From: a virus
Lineage: Duplodnaviria > Heunggongvirae > Uroviricota > Caudoviricetes
Reading direction: 5' to 3' (one strand)
Virus record (IMG/VR): IMGVR_UViG_643348547_000007
Length of the DNA stretch: 29,004 nucleotides
Shown here: in pieces, positions 28,054 to 29,004 of the stretch
Layout: each line of letters starts with the position of its first letter
Position numbering within the stretch: position 1 is the first letter of the stretch
Notes under the pieces: model-generated
Told to the model about the DNA's origin: nothing
Databases searched by the model: none
Seen by the model: the letters and a program-made list of their open reading frames with translations, nothing else
Program-made: the position numbers and the translations under genes

Positions 28054-28065
28054 AGGTCGCCGCCC
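28054..28065 (-). other. cosN cohesive-end site (minus-strand GGGCGGCGACCT, identical to the lambda 12-nt cohesive end)
   Basis: Exact 12-mer; flanking sequence on the Nu1 side (CGCGGATTTTCACTATTTATGAAAATTTTCCGG) is near-identical to the start of the lambda genome as recalled. Confidence 0.85.
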
Positions 28066-28144
28066 CGTAACCGGTCGGATCGCCGGAAAGGACCCACGAA
28101 AATGATAATGATTATCATCTATATAAGGTTTATCACAACATGTG
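28066..28144 (-). other. Phage right-end segment (cosQ-containing, about 79 bp) retained between cosN and IS629
   Basis: Sequence closely resembles the last roughly 80 bp of the lambda genome as recalled (GATAATGATTATCATC core); abuts the IS629 inverted repeat at 28145. Confidence 0.55.
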
Positions 28145-28198
28145 TGAACCGCCCCGGGAATCCTGGAGACTAAACTTCCTGAGAAAGAGGTAAACAGG

Positions 28199-28525
28199 AT
28201 GACTAAAAATACTCGTTTTTCCCCCGAAGTCCGTCAACGGGCAGTCCGTATGGTTCTGGAAAGTCAGAGCGAATATGACTCACAATGGGCGACAATTTGT
28301 TCCATTGCTCCAAAGATTGGCTGTACGCCGGAGACTCTGCGTGTCTGGGTTCGCCAGCATGAGCGGGATACCGGGGGCGGTGATGGAGGGCTCACCACCG
28401 CTGAACGTCAGCGTCTGAAAGAGCTGGAACGTGAAAATCGTGAACTGCGCCGCAGTAACGATATCCTTCGCCAGGCTTCCGCTTATTTTGCGAAGGCGGA
28501 GTTCGACCGCCTCTGGAAAAAATGA
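28199..28525 (+). CDS. IS629 OrfA (second copy), 108 aa
   Basis: Translation identical to the copy at 3909-4235. Confidence 0.9.
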   Translation: MTKNTRFSPEVRQRAVRMVLESQSEYDSQWATICSIAPKIGCTPETLRVWVRQHERDTGGGDGGLTTAERQRLKELERENRELRRSNDILRQASAYFAKAEFDRLWKK

Positions 28526-28939
28526 TGCCACTGCTGGATAAGCTGCGTGAGCAGTACGGGGTCGGACCGCTATGCAGCGAACTGCATATTGCCCCGTCAA
28601 CGTATTACCACTGTCAGCAACAGCGACATCATCCGGATAAACGCAGTGCCCGTGCGCAGCGCGATGACTGGCTGAAGAAAGAGATACAGCGCGTATACGA
28701 TGAAAATCACAAGGTATACGGTGTGCGTAAAGTCTGGCGTCAGTTGTTACGGGAAGGTATCAGAGTGGCCAGATGCACTGTGGCACGTCTCATGGCGGTT
28801 ATGGGACTTGCCGGTGTTCTCCGGGGTAAAAAGGTCCGTACGACCATCAGCCGGAAAGCCGTTGCCGCAGGCGACCGCGTAAACCGTCAGTTCGTGGCAG
28901 AACGACCTGACCAGCTGTGGGTGGCTGATTTTACTTACG
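28522..28939 (+). pseudogene. IS629 OrfB, 3'-truncated or interrupted after about 139 codons
   Basis: Identical to copy 1 OrfB up to ...QLWVADFTY, then unrelated sequence (GVPGVQGGHGCLNEPRVCLEY) to the window end. Confidence 0.8.
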
Positions 28940-29004
28940 GTGTGCCCGGAGTTCAGGGCGGGCATGGATGCTTAAATGAACCGCGAGTCTGTCTGGAATA
29001 TTGA

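Larger units (their letters stand above)
28145..28939 (+). mobile_element. IS629, second copy in plus orientation; identical to copy 1 up to 28939, then divergent (truncated or interrupted)
   Basis: Left inverted repeat TGAACCGCCCCGGGAATCCTGGAGAC at 28145; orfA identical to copy 1; the orfB reading frame departs from copy 1 after codon 139 (QLWVADFTY), i.e. from nucleotide 28940. Confidence 0.85.

Noticed and set aside
4290-28065. Interpretation as an intact, inducible prophage
   Set aside because: Within the window there are no lysis, antitermination, replication, immunity or integrase genes; IS629 sequence replaces the region beyond cosQ; pin is truncated. The element looks defective, although regions beyond the window could not be examined.

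Overview
This window is the attR-proximal arm of a defective lambda-like prophage in an Escherichia coli-type chromosome, integrated into the 5' end of the MFS transporter gene ydfJ. Reading left to right: ydfJ (minus strand), the ydfK cold-shock-type prophage gene, a pin DNA-invertase gene cut at codon 120 by a complete 1310-bp IS629 (2980-4289, minus orientation), then a nearly complete lambda-type morphogenesis module, all on the minus strand (4290-28065). That module runs cosN, Nu1, A, W, B, C, D, E, FI, FII, Z, U, V, G/G-T, H, M, L, K, I, J, lom, an stf-like side tail fibre, and two small unrecognised ORFs. About 80 bp beyond cosN a second IS629 in the opposite orientation (from 28145) replaces the lysis and regulatory region, and itself diverges from copy 1 at 28940. 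All protein identifications rest on recalled similarity of the supplied translations to phage lambda and IS629 proteins, plus start codon, Shine-Dalgarno and overlap context; no database search was run. The points most worth follow-up are the I-J intergenic region, which carries a promoter-like element and two intrinsic-terminator hairpins antisense to the tail operon (a candidate prophage sRNA), the IS629-bracketed architecture without target-site duplications, the intact cos site with a three-copy 11-bp motif, and the unrecognised 93-aa and truncated 217-aa ORFs that sit where tfa would be expected.
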